Positions 19,057 to 31,445 are shown, numbered from the stretch's first letter. The stretch: DNA of 64,000 bases from an uncultured Chloroflexia bacterium (GCA_963713975.1 OY970218.1:768001-832000), one strand, 5' to 3'. Numbers and translations: made by a program. Notes: a model not told the origin generated them from the sequence alone.

Positions 19057-20099
19057 CGAGTCCCTCCGGTCCGCGGGTCGACGTGGATCTTCGGGGCGTC
19101 GCCCCACTCGGGCCGGCGGCGGCCGGCAAGGACCCCGTCGGCATCGTCCAGGGAGACCGTGGCGCAGATGAGCGGCCGCGGGTCGACGGCGTTCGAGGCA
19201 TACAGGTCGATGATCCCCTCCAGGCCCCCGGAGGCACTGAGCACGCCGACCGCCGTCACGTCCTTGAGCGCCATCGTGCGGGTGTCGATCAGGCTGGGCT
19301 GGCCGGCCAGGCCGATGTAGACCACGCGGCGTCCCGGCTCCACGAGGTCGAGGGCAAGGACGGGCGGCCCGACCGAGTTGGAGGCATCGACGACCGCGTC
19401 CCAGCGCAGATCGGGCAGCGTCTCCGTCGTCCAGACGTCGTCGAACCCGAGCGTCCGGGCGAAGCTCCGGGACCGCTCGCTGCGGCCGGCCAGGTGGACC
19501 TCGACGCCCTGCGCCGTGGCGACCTGGGCGACCAGGAGCCCGATCGTCCCGGGCCCGATCACCAGCAGCCGCTCGCCGGCCTCGAGCGCGGCCCCACGCA
19601 CGGCGCGCAGCGCGTTGCCACCCGGTTCGACCATCGCCCCCAACGCGGGTCCCACCGATTCGGGCAGCGGCACGAGCGCTCGGACGGGCACCGGCAGCTG
19701 CTCCGCAAGTGCGCCGGGCCAGCCGTTGCGGACGCCGATCTCGTAGCGGTCCGCACACAGGTGCTGGCGCCCGGCCGTGCACCGCCCGCAGGTCCCGCAG
19801 CCCAGCATCGTGTCGCCCGTCACCCGGCGCCCCACCCACGACGAATCCACGCCGTCTCCGACCGACGCGACCACCCCGGCCCATTCGTGGCCGATGCGGA
19901 TCGGGTACTCGGCCTCGCCGGTGTGCAGGTAGGCCATCTCGCCGGTGTAGAGCTCGACGTCGGTGCCGCAAACGCCCGCCCGTTCGACGTCGACGATGAC
20001 CTCACCCGCCCGGGGTTCCGGGCGCGGAAGGTCACGCACCTCGGCCACGCCCGGCCCAACGATCACGAACGCCCGCATGGTCGCGGCCTGGTCACCCAT
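19053..20099 (-). CDS. Zn-dependent alcohol dehydrogenase (MDR family)
   Basis: GVCGTD, GHE, CGTCGRC..C, VEP, GPGTIG. Confidence 0.92.
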   Translation of the reverse strand: MGDQAATMRAFVIVGPGVAEVRDLPRPEPRAGEVIVDVERAGVCGTDVELYTGEMAYLHTGEAEYPIRIGHEWAGVVASVGDGVDSSWVGRRVTGDTMLGCGTCGRCTAGRQHLCADRYEIGVRNGWPGALAEQLPVPVRALVPLPESVGPALGAMVEPGGNALRAVRGAALEAGERLLVIGPGTIGLLVAQVATAQGVEVHLAGRSERSRSFARTLGFDDVWTTETLPDLRWDAVVDASNSVGPPVLALDLVEPGRRVVYIGLAGQPSLIDTRTMALKDVTAVGVLSASGGLEGIIDLYASNAVDPRPLICATVSLDDADGVLAGRRRPEWGDAPKIHVDPRTGGTR

Positions 20100-20171
20100 G
20101 CCGATCATGATGTCATCCCTCGGGGCACGAGGCGGGCTCACGGGACGATCGCCGGTGGCAGACTTCGGCGC

Positions 20172-20750
20172 ATGACCGTGTTCGACCGCGCCTACGAGGC
20201 GACGCCGAGCTGGGACATCGGCCGCGCCCAGCCGGCGGTGATCCGGCTCGCCGATCGCGGTCTCGTCCAGGGCGGCGTCCTCGATGTCGGGTGCGGCACC
20301 GGCGAGAACGCGCTCGAGCTCGAGCGGCGTGGGTTGCAGGTCACGGGGATCGACATCGCTGCCCGCGCGGTGGAGCGGGCTCGTGCGACCGCCGCAGAGC
20401 GCGGGCTCGCCGCGCAGTTCCTGGTCCATGACGCATTCCGCCTCGCCGCCCTCGGGCGCACCTTCGACACGCTCCTCGACGTCGGACTGTTCCACGTCCT
20501 CCAGCCGGAGGAACGCGGGCCCTATGCCGCGAGTCTGCGGGGCGTCCTCCGGCCCGGGGGTGCTTGTCTCCTGGTCTGCTGGAGCGACCGGAACCCGTTC
20601 GGGATCGGTCCCGCGCGAATTCGCCGAACCGACATCCGGACGTCGTTCCGGGACGGGTGGCGGGTCGAGTCGATCGAGCGCGAGACGCTCGACACCAGGC
20701 TCGAGATGGGGGTGGCCCACGCCTGGCTGGCGTGGATCGTGGCGGCCTGA
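20172..20750 (+). CDS. Class I SAM-dependent methyltransferase (TPMT-like)
   Basis: PSWDIGRAQP, VLDVGCGTGENA, FDTLLDVGLFH. Confidence 0.9.
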   Translation: MTVFDRAYEATPSWDIGRAQPAVIRLADRGLVQGGVLDVGCGTGENALELERRGLQVTGIDIAARAVERARATAAERGLAAQFLVHDAFRLAALGRTFDTLLDVGLFHVLQPEERGPYAASLRGVLRPGGACLLVCWSDRNPFGIGPARIRRTDIRTSFRDGWRVESIERETLDTRLEMGVAHAWLAWIVAA

Positions 20751-20810
20751 GGGACCTGATCCAGCCGCGAGCGCCGCCGGTAGACTCGTGGCCTGACAGA
20801 GGAGCAGCCG

Positions 20811-21728
20811 ATGACACCACGACATGCCGCCCTGCGGGAAGCCCTCGGTTCCGTGGGGATCTGGAGCTTCGCCCTCCAGACGAAGCCCGCGGCCGAAGAG
20901 CAGGCCGCCGTCACCGCCTACGAGGCGCTGGGCTACCCTGCGGCCTGGTTCCCGGAGAGCCTGGGCAGCAAGGAGGCGCTGGCCCACGCTGCGATCCTCC
21001 TTGCCGGCAGCTCGCGAATCCGCGTCGCGACTGGGATCGCCAACATCTACGCCCGCGACGCGGCGGCGATGATCAACGGGGCCCGCACGCTCGCCGAGGC
21101 GCATCCGGGCCGCTTCGTACTGGGGATCGGCGTCAGCCACGCGCCGTCGGTGGCGGCCCGCGGGGGTACATACGGCCCGCCGGTCACCACCATGGCGGCG
21201 TACCTGGACGCGATGGACGCGACGGACTACGCGGGGCCACCGCCCCCGGTCCAACCGCCCGTGCTCCTCGCGGCGCTGGGGCCGCGGATGCTGGATCTCG
21301 CCGCCGAGCGCACAGATGGCGCCCACCCGTACTTCGTCCCGGTCGAGCACACGCGCATCGCCCGCGAGCGGCTGGGTCCGGATCCCGTACTGGCGGTGGA
21401 GATGACCGCCGTCATCGACACGGATCCGGGGCGTGCCCGCGACGTCGCGCGGGGCTTCGCCGGCCGTTACCTCGGCCTGGCCAACTACGCCAACAACCTC
21501 CGCCGCCTGGGCTGGTCCGACGAGGACCTGTCGGGCGGCGGGAGCGACCGGGTGCTCGACGCCGTCGTACCACAGGGGGACGTGGCCAGGATCGCCGGCC
21601 GGGTCCGGGAGCACCTCGACGCCGGTGCCGACCACGTGTGCGTCCAGCTGCGGGCCTCGGACCCGACGGACCTGGGGCTCAGTGCCTACGCGGAGCTGCG
21701 GGACGCCCTGGCCGACCTCTTAGCCTGA
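20811..21728 (+). CDS. F420-dependent LLM-class oxidoreductase (TIGR03620-like)
   Basis: VATGIANIYAR, GRFVLGIGVSH, LAALGPRML, DGAHPY, AGADHV. Confidence 0.88.
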   Translation: MTPRHAALREALGSVGIWSFALQTKPAAEEQAAVTAYEALGYPAAWFPESLGSKEALAHAAILLAGSSRIRVATGIANIYARDAAAMINGARTLAEAHPGRFVLGIGVSHAPSVAARGGTYGPPVTTMAAYLDAMDATDYAGPPPPVQPPVLLAALGPRMLDLAAERTDGAHPYFVPVEHTRIARERLGPDPVLAVEMTAVIDTDPGRARDVARGFAGRYLGLANYANNLRRLGWSDEDLSGGGSDRVLDAVVPQGDVARIAGRVREHLDAGADHVCVQLRASDPTDLGLSAYAELRDALADLLA

Positions 21729-22706
21729 GGCCTGACCCGCGCGGCCGCCACGCCACCTGCGGGCCCGGTTTGGCCAGTGCCGGACCAAGTAGTACGCCAC
21801 GTAGGCGTAGGCCGCGCCGGCGATGATGTCCAGCACCCAGTGGTCGGCCGTGTAGACCACCGAGAAGGCGACGATCCCCGCATATCCCAGGGCGAGCCAT
21901 CCGATCCGCCCGAACGCCCGCCGCAGCACGAGGAACGTCAGGACCGGGTAGGCAACGTGGAGCGACGGGAACGCCGCCACTGGGTTCGGATTGACGCTGC
22001 CAAACGCGAGCGAGTAGAGGTAGCGGCCATCGAAGCCGAGCGCCGCCGCCAGCTCCTCGAAGGCGCCGGGCTTGAGGTAGGCGATCACCGGCTGCCCGTC
22101 CGGACCATTGAGCAGTCCCTGGTTCGCCACGTACCACGGCGGCGCGGCCGGCAGCAGCAGGTAGGTGACGAACCCGGCGACCGACAGCAGGATCAGGGAG
22201 GCCACGAAGTCGTAGAACTGGGGCCGCCGCCAGAGCCAGAGGACGAACCCCGTCACCAGCGGCAGGGCGAAGTGGAGCATGTAGACGACGGTCGCCCCGA
22301 TGGCGATCGGGTCGGGACCGGTGACCGGGCGCAGGGCGTCCTGGAGGACCTGGGTGGGGATGCTCCCGAACGCGATCAGCCGCTCGGCCACGAGCAGGTC
22401 GCCGGCGTGGAGCGGCATGCCCGCGTCGTCGGCGATGCCCCGCATCAGCTCGTAGGCCAGCAGCAGGACGATGAACGGGATCCAGTCCCTGAAGAACAGC
22501 CGGCCACGGCCGAGCAGCAGCGCGACCAGGCCGAACGAGACGGCGAGGACGTCTGGCGTGAGCGCGACGCCACCCGCGACCATGAGGACGACCACGAGCA
22601 TCGCGTAGGCGAGCACCCCAACCACCATGTAGCGGTCGTTGCGGCGGGCGAGGGCGCCAATCGGCTCCGTGGACGCGGGCGTGTCGGTGGAGGAGGTTGT
22701 CGCCAT
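21720..22706 (-). CDS. PAP2-family membrane protein (Aur1/IPC-synthase-like)
   Basis: Multiple TM helices; Y..H, PAAPPW, AAFPSLH, HWVLD motifs. Confidence 0.85.
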   Translation of the reverse strand: MATTSSTDTPASTEPIGALARRNDRYMVVGVLAYAMLVVVLMVAGGVALTPDVLAVSFGLVALLLGRGRLFFRDWIPFIVLLLAYELMRGIADDAGMPLHAGDLLVAERLIAFGSIPTQVLQDALRPVTGPDPIAIGATVVYMLHFALPLVTGFVLWLWRRPQFYDFVASLILLSVAGFVTYLLLPAAPPWYVANQGLLNGPDGQPVIAYLKPGAFEELAAALGFDGRYLYSLAFGSVNPNPVAAFPSLHVAYPVLTFLVLRRAFGRIGWLALGYAGIVAFSVVYTADHWVLDIIAGAAYAYVAYYLVRHWPNRARRWRGGRAGQASG

Positions 22707-22780
22707 GGGCACGATGACTCTACGCTGAGAGGCCGTCGCCCGACGTGGCCAGTCGAGCGCGCACCGCAAGGAGGCGTCCC

Positions 22781-23125
22781 GTGCAGATCCCCAAGCCGAC
22801 CGATGCCGACAAGGACCGCTTCCGCTCGATCGTGCCCGACGACCCCAGGGTCGTGGTCAAGCCGATGTTCGGCAACCTCGGCGCGTTCGTTCAGGGGAAC
22901 ATGTTCATGGGCCTGTTCGGCGCCGACATCGGGGTGAAGCTGGCACCCGCCGATGCCGAGGCGCTGCGGGCGATCGAGGGCGCCGGTCCGTTCGGGCCGT
23001 CCGAGCGGCCGATGGGCGGCTATGTCACGCTGCCGGCCACGCTCGTCGGGACGCCGGGCGGGGCGCGCTGGGTCGCGGCCGCCCTGGGTCACGTCGCCTC
23101 CCTGCCGCCAAAGGTCCCGAAGTAA
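22781..23125 (+). CDS. TfoX N-terminal domain protein
   Basis: AAGGAGG RBS; KPMFGNLGAFVQGNMF, RPMGGYV.LP. Confidence 0.85.
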   Translation: MQIPKPTDADKDRFRSIVPDDPRVVVKPMFGNLGAFVQGNMFMGLFGADIGVKLAPADAEALRAIEGAGPFGPSERPMGGYVTLPATLVGTPGGARWVAAALGHVASLPPKVPK

Positions 23126-23254
23126 GCCGTTGGGCCTGCGAAGGCCCGGGCACCACGCACCGCGAACACGCTTCCGGTTGTAGCATCCCGCCATGTGGCG
23201 CGTCCCCTCGCACTGGCCCATGACCCCGGCTGATGATCCCCACGCGGCTTCGCG

Positions 23255-26122
23255 ATGACGGGGTCGTCCGGACCCCTGACGGCGCTGCCCGCTCCCGGGG
23301 TGGGATCACCCCCATCGGCGGCCGACCCGGGCTCCCTGTCCACGTTCCTGTTCACGGACATCGAGGGCAGCACGCGCCTGTGGGAGGAGCACGCGGGGCC
23401 CATGGGCGGGGCGCTCGCCCAACACGACCGGCTCCTGCGGGCGGCCATCGAGAACGCCGGGGGCACGCTGATCAAGACGACCGGCGATGGGATGCTGGCC
23501 ATCTTTGGCGACCCGTGCGGGGCCGTCGACGCGGCGTTGGCAGGACAGCGGGCGCTTCGCGACGCACCCTGGGGCGAGACCGGCCAGCTGCGGGTCAGGA
23601 TGGCGCTCCACGCCGGCGTCGCCGAGGCTCGCGACGGGGACTACTTCGGGCCTGCGCTCAACCGCGTCGCGCGCATCCTCGCCATCGGTCACGGCGGCCA
23701 GGTGATCTGCTCTGCGGTGGCGGCGGTCCTCGCCCGAGATCGGCTCGCGTCGTCGATCGGGCTCGTAGACCTCGGCTCCCACCGCCTCCGTGATATCGAC
23801 CGGCCCGAGCAGGTGTTCCAGGTGGTTGTTGACGACCTGCCGCGGGCCTTCCCGCCGCTGCGATCCCTGAGCACGCACCGCTCCAACCTGCCCGTCCAGC
23901 TGACCAGCTTCGTGGGCAGGGAGCGGGAGGTCGACGAGGTGGCGTCGCTGATCGGCCGTCACCGCCTGGTCACGCTCATCGGAACCGGTGGCACCGGCAA
24001 GACCCGCCTCATGCTCGAGGCAGCCGGCCATCTCCTCGATCGCTACCCCGACGGGGTATGGCTGGCGGAGCTGGCGTCCCTGGGCGATCCGTCTCAGATC
24101 CCGTCCGAGGTCGCGCGGGCGCTCGGGGCGCCAGAGGTCCCCGGGATCCCGGCGATCACGACGATCACCGCGTTCGTGGCTGAGAAGGAGCTCCTGCTCC
24201 TGCTCGACAACGCGGAGCACCTGGTCGACGGCACGGCCCGCCTTGCCAAGCGTCTGCTCGGGGGCGCGTCCGGCCTCCGCATCCTGACCACGAGCCGGGA
24301 GGCGCTCGCCGTGACGGGCGAGGCGGTCCTCCAGCTCCAGTCGCTCTCCTGCCCTGCGGCGGCCGGAAGGTCGGGCGGGTTCGCCGATCCAGGCTTCGAC
24401 CTCGCAGACGCCTCGTCGACCGAGGCCGTCCGGTTGTTCGTCGAGCGCGCAGCGGCCGTGGACCCATCCTTCGTCCTCAGCCAGGCGAATGTGGCCTCGG
24501 TCGTGGAGATCTGCCGGCGCCTCGACGGGATCCCGCTCGCCATCGAGCTGGCGGCGGCACGGGTGTCGGCCATGTCGCCGGACGACATCGCGAGGCGCCT
24601 GGGCGACCGGTTCCGACTGCTTGCCGGCGGCCGGCGGACGGCTGTCCCGCGCCAGCAGACGCTCCATGCCCTCATCGATTGGAGTTGGGACCTGCTGACC
24701 GAGGAGGACCGTCGCCTCCTCCGGCGCCTGTCGGTGTTCACGGGCGGCTGGGATGTGCCGATGGCCGCCCGCATCGTCGGTGACGGCCCCGACGAGATGG
24801 ACACGCTGGACCTCGTGGACGGCCTCACGCGGCTCGTCGATCGCTCGCTGGTGATCGTGGATCGTGGCGCGACGACGCGCTACCGGATGCTCGAGACGAT
24901 CCGCCAGTACGCCCGCGAGCAGCTCATCGCGGCCGGCGAGGCGGCCACCGTCTCGGACCGGCACCTGGCCGTGTTCGCCGACCTGGCCATCGGGGCCGAG
25001 CGTCCGCTCCGGGGCCCGGCGATGGTGGACTGGCTCGATCGCCTCGACGCCGAACTGGACAACCTGGGCGCCGCCCTGGAGTGGGCCCTCGAGGCTGCTC
25101 CGTGGGCGGCCGTCCAGATGGCGACCGCGCTGCTCGGCTACTGGGCGGTCCGGGTCATGTCCCAGGACAACGACGCAAGGATCGAGGCGGCCGTCACGAT
25201 CGCGAGGGACCGCGTCGCCGACCCGGCCGGGGTCGATCCGGCCGACCAGGCGCTGACCGCGAGGCTCCTCGGCGAGGCTGCGAGGCTGTGGGCGATGTCG
25301 GGACGCGCGTCCACGGGACTGTCCTGGGCAGAGGAGGCGGTCGTCCTCGCCGACGCGAGCGGGGATGCCACGGCCCGCCTGTATGCCGTCGTCGGCCTCG
25401 CCGTCTCGACCGTGTTCTCGGGACGGTCCGGCGAGCAAGGCGCGCGTGTGCGACCCGTCTTCGAGACGGTCATGGGTCTGGCCGACCAGACCGGCGAGTG
25501 GTGGCTCCTGGCGTTCGCCGCGGGCTTCGCCGGTACCAGCCTGGGCGGCTTCGACCCGGAGACCGGCGCGGCCCTGCTCGAGCGCGGTGTGGCGGCGGCC
25601 TACCGGTCCGGGAGCCCGTACGCGATCGGGGCGACGTCGATGGCACAGGGCCGGACGTTCGGCCGTGAAGGGCGGACGGACGACGCCGTCGTCGCGTTTG
25701 GCGTGGCGATCCAGCGCTTCATGGAGCTCGGCGACGAGCGGTTCGTCCTCGCATCACGGAGCGACCTCGCCCATGCGCTTCGCCGAGGGGGCCGCCTTGA
25801 CGAGGCACTCCCGCTGTACCACGAGACCATCGGCGGCTGGGTCTACCTCGGGCACAGGGGCGCGATCGCGAACCAGCTGGAGAACATCGCGTACATCGAT
25901 ATCGAGCGGGGCAACGCGCACCGGGCCGTCCGCCTGCTCGGCGCCTCGGACGCGATGCGGGAGGATGCGGGGGCACGCATGGCCTTCGACGAAGAGCCCG
26001 AGCATGTCACCGAGCTGGAGCGGCTGCGCGCCGCCCTGACCCCAGGTGAGTTCGAGTCCGGGTGGGCGGCCGGCCGGGCGCTCTCGCAGTCCGATGCGGT
26101 GGCGCTCGCGACCAGCAGCTGA
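23255..26122 (+). CDS. Class III nucleotide cyclase - STAND (NB-ARC) ATPase - TPR protein
   Basis: FLFTDIEGST, GDG, GDYFGPALNR; NLP..TSFVGRE, GTGGTGKT, LLLLDN.EH, GIPLAIELAA. Confidence 0.93.
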   Translation: MTGSSGPLTALPAPGVGSPPSAADPGSLSTFLFTDIEGSTRLWEEHAGPMGGALAQHDRLLRAAIENAGGTLIKTTGDGMLAIFGDPCGAVDAALAGQRALRDAPWGETGQLRVRMALHAGVAEARDGDYFGPALNRVARILAIGHGGQVICSAVAAVLARDRLASSIGLVDLGSHRLRDIDRPEQVFQVVVDDLPRAFPPLRSLSTHRSNLPVQLTSFVGREREVDEVASLIGRHRLVTLIGTGGTGKTRLMLEAAGHLLDRYPDGVWLAELASLGDPSQIPSEVARALGAPEVPGIPAITTITAFVAEKELLLLLDNAEHLVDGTARLAKRLLGGASGLRILTTSREALAVTGEAVLQLQSLSCPAAAGRSGGFADPGFDLADASSTEAVRLFVERAAAVDPSFVLSQANVASVVEICRRLDGIPLAIELAAARVSAMSPDDIARRLGDRFRLLAGGRRTAVPRQQTLHALIDWSWDLLTEEDRRLLRRLSVFTGGWDVPMAARIVGDGPDEMDTLDLVDGLTRLVDRSLVIVDRGATTRYRMLETIRQYAREQLIAAGEAATVSDRHLAVFADLAIGAERPLRGPAMVDWLDRLDAELDNLGAALEWALEAAPWAAVQMATALLGYWAVRVMSQDNDARIEAAVTIARDRVADPAGVDPADQALTARLLGEAARLWAMSGRASTGLSWAEEAVVLADASGDATARLYAVVGLAVSTVFSGRSGEQGARVRPVFETVMGLADQTGEWWLLAFAAGFAGTSLGGFDPETGAALLERGVAAAYRSGSPYAIGATSMAQGRTFGREGRTDDAVVAFGVAIQRFMELGDERFVLASRSDLAHALRRGGRLDEALPLYHETIGGWVYLGHRGAIANQLENIAYIDIERGNAHRAVRLLGASDAMREDAGARMAFDEEPEHVTELERLRAALTPGEFESGWAAGRALSQSDAVALATSS

Positions 26123-26147
26123 CGCCGGCCGGTGGACGGGCCGGGGA

Positions 26148-26954
26148 TCAGCCGGCCGGTTGCTCCGGCGTGACGGGGTCTGTCACCGGCGAGACCAGCG
26201 AGCCGAGCTCATCGGGATCCACGGGACTGTCCTCGGCCTGGGCGTCGACGGGTTGCACGGGCGGCGGCGGGGGCTCGGCCGGCGGCGGGGGCGGCGGCGG
26301 CGTGCCCGCTGGCGGCGGCGGCGTGCCCGCTGGCGGCGGCGGCGTGCCCGCTGGCGGCGGCGGCGTGCCCGCTGGCGGCGGCGGCGTGCCCGGCGGCGGC
26401 GGCGTGCCCGCTGGCGGCGGGCCGCCTCGCGAGCGCAGCCACGCATAGGCAAGAAGCCCTCCGCCGACGGCGGCGAGGATCACGAGCAGCAGGAGGCCGA
26501 GTCCGCCGCTGCCCGTGTCGTCCGAGCCCGAGCCAGGCGCCGCGCTCGCGGTGGGCGTGGGCTCGACGGTAGAGGTGGCGGTTGGTTTCGCGGTCGGCTC
26601 TTGTGTCGGCTCGGCGGTCGGCTCCGGCGTCGGCTCCGGCGTCGGCTTCGGGGTCGGCTTCTCGGTTGGTTCCGGCGTCGGCTCCGCGGTTGGTTCCGGC
26701 GTCGGCTCCGCGGTTGGTTCCGGGGTCGGCTTCTCGGTGGGCTCGGGCGTGGGTTCCGCCGTTGGCTCCGGCGGCCTGGTGGGAATCTCGATCGACGGCA
26801 GCGCGATCGACGGCAGCGCGCCTGACGGCAGCGCGCCAGACGGCAGCTCGATCGGAGGGAGGGTCCCATCGCACGCTCCGAGAAGGACGGCGAGTGCGGC
26901 CACAAGGGCTACTACGCCACCCACGCGACCTCGACGCTTCGAGTTGGCAGCCAT
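26148..26954 (-). CDS. Pro/Thr-rich lipoprotein-like protein with a C-proximal TM helix and poly-Pro tail
   Basis: Basic N-terminus, LLGAC lipobox, LPSGA repeats, PT(A/P)E repeats, TM helix, PPPAGT repeats. Confidence 0.72.
   Translation of the reverse strand: MAANSKRRGRVGGVVALVAALAVLLGACDGTLPPIELPSGALPSGALPSIALPSIEIPTRPPEPTAEPTPEPTEKPTPEPTAEPTPEPTAEPTPEPTEKPTPKPTPEPTPEPTAEPTQEPTAKPTATSTVEPTPTASAAPGSGSDDTGSGGLGLLLLVILAAVGGGLLAYAWLRSRGGPPPAGTPPPPGTPPPPAGTPPPPAGTPPPPAGTPPPPAGTPPPPPPPAEPPPPPVQPVDAQAEDSPVDPDELGSLVSPVTDPVTPEQPAG
26290..26412. repeat. 21-nt tandem repeat (~6 copies, one 18-nt variant) encoding PPPPAGT
   Basis: GGCGGCGGCGGCGTGCCCGCT units seen directly. Confidence 0.92.
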
Positions 26955-27211
26955 CAGGAGAAGCCTCGCTACAGCGGGGCGCCGGGACAGCCACCCGCGG
27001 GGTTTGGGAACGCCGATCAGGGACGGAATCGTACCCCGGACCCGCGGACGCGGCACCTGGCGAGCAGGTGCCAGGCCCGGCGGGTACCCGCACGGCTGGT
27101 GCTGGTCGACGATGCCGGCTTCGGCAACCCGAGCGCGTTCGACGGCCCGATCCAGACCACGGACTACACCGCGGCTCCCGGGAACGCGACCATGATCCGA
27201 CCCGCGAGCGG

Positions 27212-28687
27212 CTACGCCTCCAGCACCGCGCCGCGGACCCGCCGGGGACCGGCGACCCAGAGGGCGACCGACCACAGGACGAGCGCGGCGAGCACCACGG
27301 GGATGAGCGGCGCGTACGACCCGGTCGAATCCAGCGCGATTGCCCCGAGGTAGACGGCGAACGTCCCCCCGATCGGGTAGGCCACGGCGAGGAGCCCAAA
27401 GATCGTCCCGAAGTTGGGGCCACCGAACACGTCCCCGAAGGCCGCCGAACGGACGGCAATGGTCGCCCCGGTGCCGATCCCGTGGACGATGATCCCGACG
27501 ACTGCGATCGTCGGGGCCGCTCCAACCATGCCGAGCGCCGCGATCACGCCACCGCCGACGGCCGCCGCCGCAGTGACCCCGACAATCCGGCGGCCGACGT
27601 GGTCGGACAGCCAGCCGCCGACGATCTGGCCGCCGACGTAGGCGAGCGACTGGAGGCCGAGCGCCGTCGCAGCCCACCCGACCCCGAGCCCGCTCTGCAC
27701 GGCGCCCGGGATGAACGCCTGGAGGACGCCCTCGTCGAAGACCCCGATCGCCGCCGCGCCGGCGAACAGGATCCAGAAGCGGCGCGTCCGCACCACGCGC
27801 CTGATGCCCCTGGGGTGCTCGCCGCTCCCGACCGGCTGGATCTCGCGGGCGGCCGACACCGCTCCCGGCGCCGAGACCTCGTGGAGGCCGGTGGCGTGGG
27901 CCGCCTGGGCCGACTCCGTCTCCCGGACGTCGAGCTGGCCCGCGCTCAGGGGTTCGCCGATGGCCAGGGACGGCCCGGCGGTCGACCGCGACCGTCCGAC
28001 GGGGATCGCAGCGGGCGCGCCAAGGGCGGCGGTCGACGGGGCGGCACTTCGCACGTCGGCAGGGGCCGTCACCCGTCGGCGGTTCGCCCGGCGACCCGGC
28101 ACGATGATCGCGGGGCCGCTCGTCATGAGCCACACGAACACCACGCCGACGAGGCAGGACGCGATGAACACCAGCGACGTGGAGCGCCATCCGGCGGTGG
28201 CGATCAGGCCGGCCGCCACGGGCAGCGCGATCGCCACTCCGATCCCGGGGCCCGCATACGCGATCCCCAGGGCGAGTCCCGACATCCCCTCGTAGCGGCG
28301 GGCGATCGCCGTCGACGTTCCGATGAACGAGAGTTGCAGCCCGAGCGCCATGAACACGGCGTAGGCGAGGATGACGAGCGAGATGTCCCGGGCGAGATAG
28401 ATCGCGAGCCACCCCGCCGCCAGCAGCACCATCGACGCCGTGAGCAGGTCCCGATCCGCCCATTCGTCATAGGCGCGGCCCAGGAGCGGGCTCGCGACGG
28501 CCGTCACCACCAGGAACATCGTCCACGGGGTCACGGCCAGGGTGCGGCTGATCCCGAACTCCTCGGCGAACGCGACCGACAGGGCCGGGAACGTGTACAG
28601 GCCGCCGTACGCGATCGCGCCCACCACGAAGGCGCCGATGAGCGGGAGTGACACGCGGGTTGCCCGGCGGGCGATCGGGAGGGCCAT
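27212..28687 (-). CDS. MFS transporter with a long central loop
   Basis: About 12 hydrophobic segments; [10 protein letters not shown] and [10 protein letters not shown] motifs. Confidence 0.9.
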   Translation of the reverse strand: MALPIARRATRVSLPLIGAFVVGAIAYGGLYTFPALSVAFAEEFGISRTLAVTPWTMFLVVTAVASPLLGRAYDEWADRDLLTASMVLLAAGWLAIYLARDISLVILAYAVFMALGLQLSFIGTSTAIARRYEGMSGLALGIAYAGPGIGVAIALPVAAGLIATAGWRSTSLVFIASCLVGVVFVWLMTSGPAIIVPGRRANRRRVTAPADVRSAAPSTAALGAPAAIPVGRSRSTAGPSLAIGEPLSAGQLDVRETESAQAAHATGLHEVSAPGAVSAAREIQPVGSGEHPRGIRRVVRTRRFWILFAGAAAIGVFDEGVLQAFIPGAVQSGLGVGWAATALGLQSLAYVGGQIVGGWLSDHVGRRIVGVTAAAAVGGGVIAALGMVGAAPTIAVVGIIVHGIGTGATIAVRSAAFGDVFGGPNFGTIFGLLAVAYPIGGTFAVYLGAIALDSTGSYAPLIPVVLAALVLWSVALWVAGPRRVRGAVLEA

Positions 28688-28983
28688 CACCACCATCGTA
28701 CGGGGCGCCGGTCGTTGCGGCCTGGGTCGAACTTGGACTAGTCCGCTATCTCAAGCGCAACCGAACCGGTACCCCTCCCGTGCTTGTCCGAAACGACGAG
28801 CTGAACGAGGATGTGACCACGGTCGGCTTCGTCCCCCAGACCTGGTGGGCGGCCGTCCGGGCTGTGGATCCTGCGCCAGGTGCGCACAGTTGGGCCACGG
28901 CGGTCCGCTCCTGGCGGATTGACCTCGCTCGCGCCACCGGCCGGGCTTCGGCAGTCCAGGGGCCAGGGGCCGAGGTACATGCC

Positions 28984-29232
28984 ATGCACGACGATTCCGT
29001 CCTGGTCGCCATCGACGCGGCCCTCCGTTCCCCCGCCTTCTGCGCCTGTGGGAACAACCTCACTATCGCCCTCCACGACGACGCAGCGTGGCTCGAGTGC
29101 GCGTCGCTCTCCGAGCCGACCCGCCTGCCGGCGCCACTCGCGAAGGTGGTGCGCACGATGCTGCACGACCGCCGGTACGTCATCGAGGTGCCGCCCATGG
29201 TCGCACCTGCCGAGCCGCGCCTGGCCGCCTGA
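28984..29232 (+). CDS. Small hypothetical protein (CxC...C...H, possible Zn ribbon)
   Basis: GAGG RBS, 82 aa, FCACG...WLEC...H. Confidence 0.6.
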   Translation: MHDDSVLVAIDAALRSPAFCACGNNLTIALHDDAAWLECASLSEPTRLPAPLAKVVRTMLHDRRYVIEVPPMVAPAEPRLAA

Positions 29233-29255
29233 GCCGCCGGGGCGGGCGATGGCGC

Positions 29256-29395
29256 GCCGCTGGGCGGCTGAACCGTCGGGTGTGGTGCGGTTTGCGCCCC
29301 TTGGCGTCACGCCTGTCGGGTGGGAGGGGCACGGGAGCCGATGATCGTGCCGCTCAGCGGCTAGAACCGCGGTTGAACCGACCGTTGAACCGCTG
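29256..29395. repeat. Dispersed ~140-bp structured repeat, copy 2
   Basis: Homologous to 4273-4412; GCCGCTGGGCGGC pairs with GCCGCTCAGCGGC (29349-29361). Confidence 0.8.
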
Positions 29396-29533
29396 GGAGG
29401 CACCGATCGCCTAGCGGGTTCGGGACGGCGGCGGGGCGTTGGGCCACCGAGCCGGGGGCGGAGCCTCGTTTGCCGCGCCGCGCCGTCTGGCCGCCTGACC
29501 TCTCCGCGTTGGTCCCGTCCTGAGGTAGCCTGA

Positions 29534-30943
<1,410 letters not shown>

Positions 30944-31007
30944 GCCGGCGGTGTCGGTCCCTCGCGCGCCGGCGGCGCCCGGTCGACGTCGCGTGGTCGA
31001 CCCGGGG

Positions 31008-31445
31008 TCAGGCGAGGCGCTCCAGCACCACGACCGGGATCACCCGGGTCGTCCGCTCCTGGTAGTCGCCGAAGGCCGGATACCCGGCGGCGTGCGCCGC
31101 GTACAGCCGGTCGCGCTCTGAGCCCTCGACCACCGAGGCGCGTGCCCGGACCGTCTCGGTCCCGATCTCAACGGTGACGACCGGGTCCGCCAGGAGATTG
31201 AGGTACCAGGCCGGGTGCTCCGGCGCCCCGCCCTTGGACGCGACGATGACGATCCGGTCGCCGTCCCGGGTGTAGACGAGCGGAGCAAGGCGAGGGTCGC
31301 CGCTCCTGGCACCGGTCGTCGTGAGCAGCAGGAGGTCACGGCCCAGGAACGGTCCTGACGTGACCTTGCCGCCGTTGGCGCGGAAGTCGGCGACGAGGGC
31401 GCTGGTGAAGTCCGCGTAGGCGGCTCGAGGGTCGATAGTTGTCAT
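31008..31445 (-). CDS. Deazaflavin (F420)-dependent nitroreductase family protein
   Basis: LLLTTTGARSG..R..PL, VASKGGAP.HPAWYLNL, YQERTTRVIPV. Confidence 0.93.
   Translation of the reverse strand: MTTIDPRAAYADFTSALVADFRANGGKVTSGPFLGRDLLLLTTTGARSGDPRLAPLVYTRDGDRIVIVASKGGAPEHPAWYLNLLADPVVTVEIGTETVRARASVVEGSERDRLYAAHAAGYPAFGDYQERTTRVIPVVVLERLA

Noticed and set aside
19053-21635. 860-aa ORF as one protein (also the 855-aa ORF at 39486 and 771-aa ORF at 26148)
   Set aside because: The extensions are antisense shadows of real genes in high-GC DNA; true starts are internal
26290-26850. CRISPR or non-coding VNTR
   Set aside because: Units are contiguous multiples of 3 with no spacers and encode Pro-rich repeats
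29256-29330. c-di-GMP-I or ZTP riboswitch (minus-strand GCAAACC)
   Set aside because: Other conserved elements are missing, and copy 1 reads GCAGACG at that position
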